Positions 62,335-64,000 of a stretch of DNA of 64,000 nucleotides are shown piece by piece; position 1 is the first letter of the stretch; every line of letters starts with the position of its first letter. The notes below the pieces were generated by a model. That model worked only from the letters and a program-made list of their open reading frames with translations. It was not told the DNA's origin and did no database searches. The DNA lies in assembly GCA_038884755.1 (NCBI GenBank), contig JAWABJ010000001.1, forward strand, positions 256,001 to 320,000, given 5' to 3'. A program made the translations under genes and the position numbers. The stretch is from Candidatus Norongarragalinales archaeon (lineage in GTDB: Archaea > Micrarchaeota > Micrarchaeia > Norongarragalinales > Norongarragalinaceae).

Positions 62335-63402
62335 TCAGCCGATTATTTCAATTTCGTACTGTTTTTTGGTCTCCTGCTGGGACTTCGGCGTCGTTTTTCC
62401 GACAATGTGGCTGCTCTTTACGCCCGTTACGATGGCAGTGATTTCCAGTTTTCCGTCGTACTCGGGAATGAGCCTTGCGCCCCATTTTACGGATGCGGTC
62501 GGGTCCATTGAGCCGGTAAGCAGTTCTCCTGCACGAATTGCGTCTCCGAGCGTGAGGTCGGCTCCTCCTGCAATGTGGATCAAAGCGCCTTTCGCCCCGT
62601 CCAAATCGACGTCAAGCAGGCGGTTCTTGAGAACGCCTTCCACCGCGTCTTCAACCTTGTTGGCTCCCTTGCCCGTTCCAACAGCAATCATTCCAACGTC
62701 GCCGTTGCCCATTATGGCGCGGACATCCGCGAAATCGATGTTCACGAGAGAGGGTTGCGTGATTGTGAAGACTAGTCCTCCGACTGCTTTCGCGAGAATT
62801 TCGTCTGCAACCAAGAATGCCTGGTTCATGGGCAGGTTGGGTACGAGCTCAACAAGCCTGTTGTTGTCCAAGACAATTACGCTGTCGCAAACCTCGCGCA
62901 AGCGTGCAATGCCTTCATCTGCTTTGGTGACGCGCGCTCTTTCAAGCGAGAACGGGTACGTGACCATGGCGACTACGATTGCGCCTTGTTCCTTGGCGAT
63001 TTGGGCTACGACCGGGGCCGCGCCCGTTCCCGTTCCTCCGCCCATTCCGGCGCACAAGAACACCAAGTGCGAGCCTTCAATGTTCTTTTCTAGGGTTTCG
63101 CGGTCCACTTCGGCGCATTTCGCGCCGACTTCGGGAAATCCTCCTGCGCCCAATCCCTTGGTAACGCTTTTTCCTATGAGCACTTTGATTATGGATTCGT
63201 CGAGAATGTTCAAATGCTGGCGGTCGGTGTTGCACGCCATCAAGTGCGCGCCCTTCACGTTGAGCCTCTTCAAGCGGTTGACCGTGTTGTTTCCGCCTCC
63301 TCCTACGCCTACTACCGTTATTTTTATTTCCTCAAACTCGTCCCCGGATTTTTTTACGGCCGCGGTCGGGGATTGCAGCGCGCTCTTCACAATGTCTTCC
63401 AA
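62335..63402 (-). CDS. ftsZ: Cell division protein FtsZ (FtsZ2-like), start probably TTG 63402
   Basis: GVGGGGNN, GLGAGG.P, GMGGGTGTGAAP, NIDFADVR. Confidence 0.97.
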   Translation of the reverse strand: MEDIVKSALQSPTAAVKKSGDEFEEIKITVVGVGGGGNNTVNRLKRLNVKGAHLMACNTDRQHLNILDESIIKVLIGKSVTKGLGAGGFPEVGAKCAEVDRETLEKNIEGSHLVFLCAGMGGGTGTGAAPVVAQIAKEQGAIVVAMVTYPFSLERARVTKADEGIARLREVCDSVIVLDNNRLVELVPNLPMNQAFLVADEILAKAVGGLVFTITQPSLVNIDFADVRAIMGNGDVGMIAVGTGKGANKVEDAVEGVLKNRLLDVDLDGAKGALIHIAGGADLTLGDAIRAGELLTGSMDPTASVKWGARLIPEYDGKLEITAIVTGVKSSHIVGKTTPKSQQETKKQYEIEIIG

Positions 63403-63607
63403 TCCAATCGCCTCTTTTTTTTCGGTGGGTGTTTTTTCCTGCTTAAAACGCGTTTTTCCCCGCGTTCCAGGCAGTGAAATGCGAACGAATCTGCTATTTA
63501 AAAACCTTGCTATTCCACAAATATGTTTTGATAGGTTTGGAAATGTTTTCAGCGGACTGGATTTCAAGAACGCTTTTTCCCGCCGAAAACCGCCAGCCGG
63601 TATATCC

Positions 63608-63625
63608 AAGCATATGCTTTTATAT
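63608..63625. promoter_or_regulatory. 12-bp palindrome abutting a TATA-like box (candidate operator)
   Basis: AAGCATATGCTT at 63608-63619 overlapping TTTTATAT. Confidence 0.45.
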
Positions 63626-63698
63626 GCGACTTTCTTTATTTGGAGTGCTCGCACGGCGTTATGCCGTTTTTCCCTGCGCAGAGCAAGTGGTGATGTGA

Positions 63699-63881
63699 AT
63701 GGGTGCTGATTCTGAATCGTTTCTTGTAACCGTCCCTTTGGACTGGGATTTGAAAGACCACGCTGAAGGGAAAAGAAAATTCCCGAGCGTGCAGGACTTC
63801 ATCCGCGAACTGATTCGAAGGGATATTGAATCTTACGACAAGGAAACGCGCGAGAGCGAAGCGAAAACAAACGGGAAATAA
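63699..63881 (+). CDS. Ribbon-helix-helix (CopG/CdrS-like) regulator
   Basis: Beta strand LVTVP then FPSVQDFIRELIRRDIE helix; adjacent to ftsZ. Confidence 0.7.
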   Translation: MGADSESFLVTVPLDWDLKDHAEGKRKFPSVQDFIRELIRRDIESYDKETRESEAKTNGK

Positions 63882-63898
63882 TTTTTTTTTTAAATTTT

Positions 63899-64000
63899 TC
63901 ACCCGCTACGCTGCATTTCGTAAAGCTCTTCTATTTCTTTTTCGGTAGTCGCCTGCGCAGGGTTTTTGTCCTCGCGGATTTTCACCAAACGCGGAAAACG
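63899..64000 (-). CDS. lig: ATP-dependent DNA ligase, C-terminal end (partial)
   Basis: RFPRLVKIREDK...A.T..EI..LY..Q, matching ligase motif VI. Confidence 0.85.
   Translation of the reverse strand, partial: RFPRLVKIREDKNPAQATTEKEIEELYEMQRSG

Noticed and set aside
62366..63709. 447-aa plus-strand ORF (and similar ORFs at 61520 and 61672)
   Set aside because: Antisense shadows of ftsZ

Overview
Archaeal chromosome segment, inferred to be DPANN and probably Micrarchaeota-like from gene content, a BHB-intron tRNA and the A-type ATPase. Housekeeping genes include aIF-2beta, aIF-1A, Rio1, TpiA, ArgRS, TyrRS, LemA/HtpX, a PfkB kinase, an MtaD-like deaminase, AhcY, PyrF, a membrane pyrophosphatase, a complete A/V-type ATP synthase operon, two tandem FtsZ genes, a small ribbon-helix-helix gene and the 3' end of DNA ligase. 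About 26 kb encodes four giant membrane-anchored surface proteins (1838, 1885, 2037 and about 3040 aa). These and a 171-aa short paralogue share an N-terminal leader (E-x-x-YY-x-x-CD-x-L-x-x-x-G...P-[LI]E-x-x-G-[IV]PS, then a TM helix). The four giants also share a conserved core domain, but their Cys-rich C-termini diverge and some are hydrophobic. This family is the best candidate for an undescribed host-attachment or envelope system. The window also carries a bacterial-type sigma-70 factor and a long RelA/SpoT homologue. Elements missing from the ORF track include a C/D-box guide RNA predicted to direct 23S Gm2251 and Um2438, a tRNA-Gly(CCC) with two introns, two small ORFs, a structured RNA candidate and IS remnants. 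All calls come from reading the sequence by eye; no searches were run.
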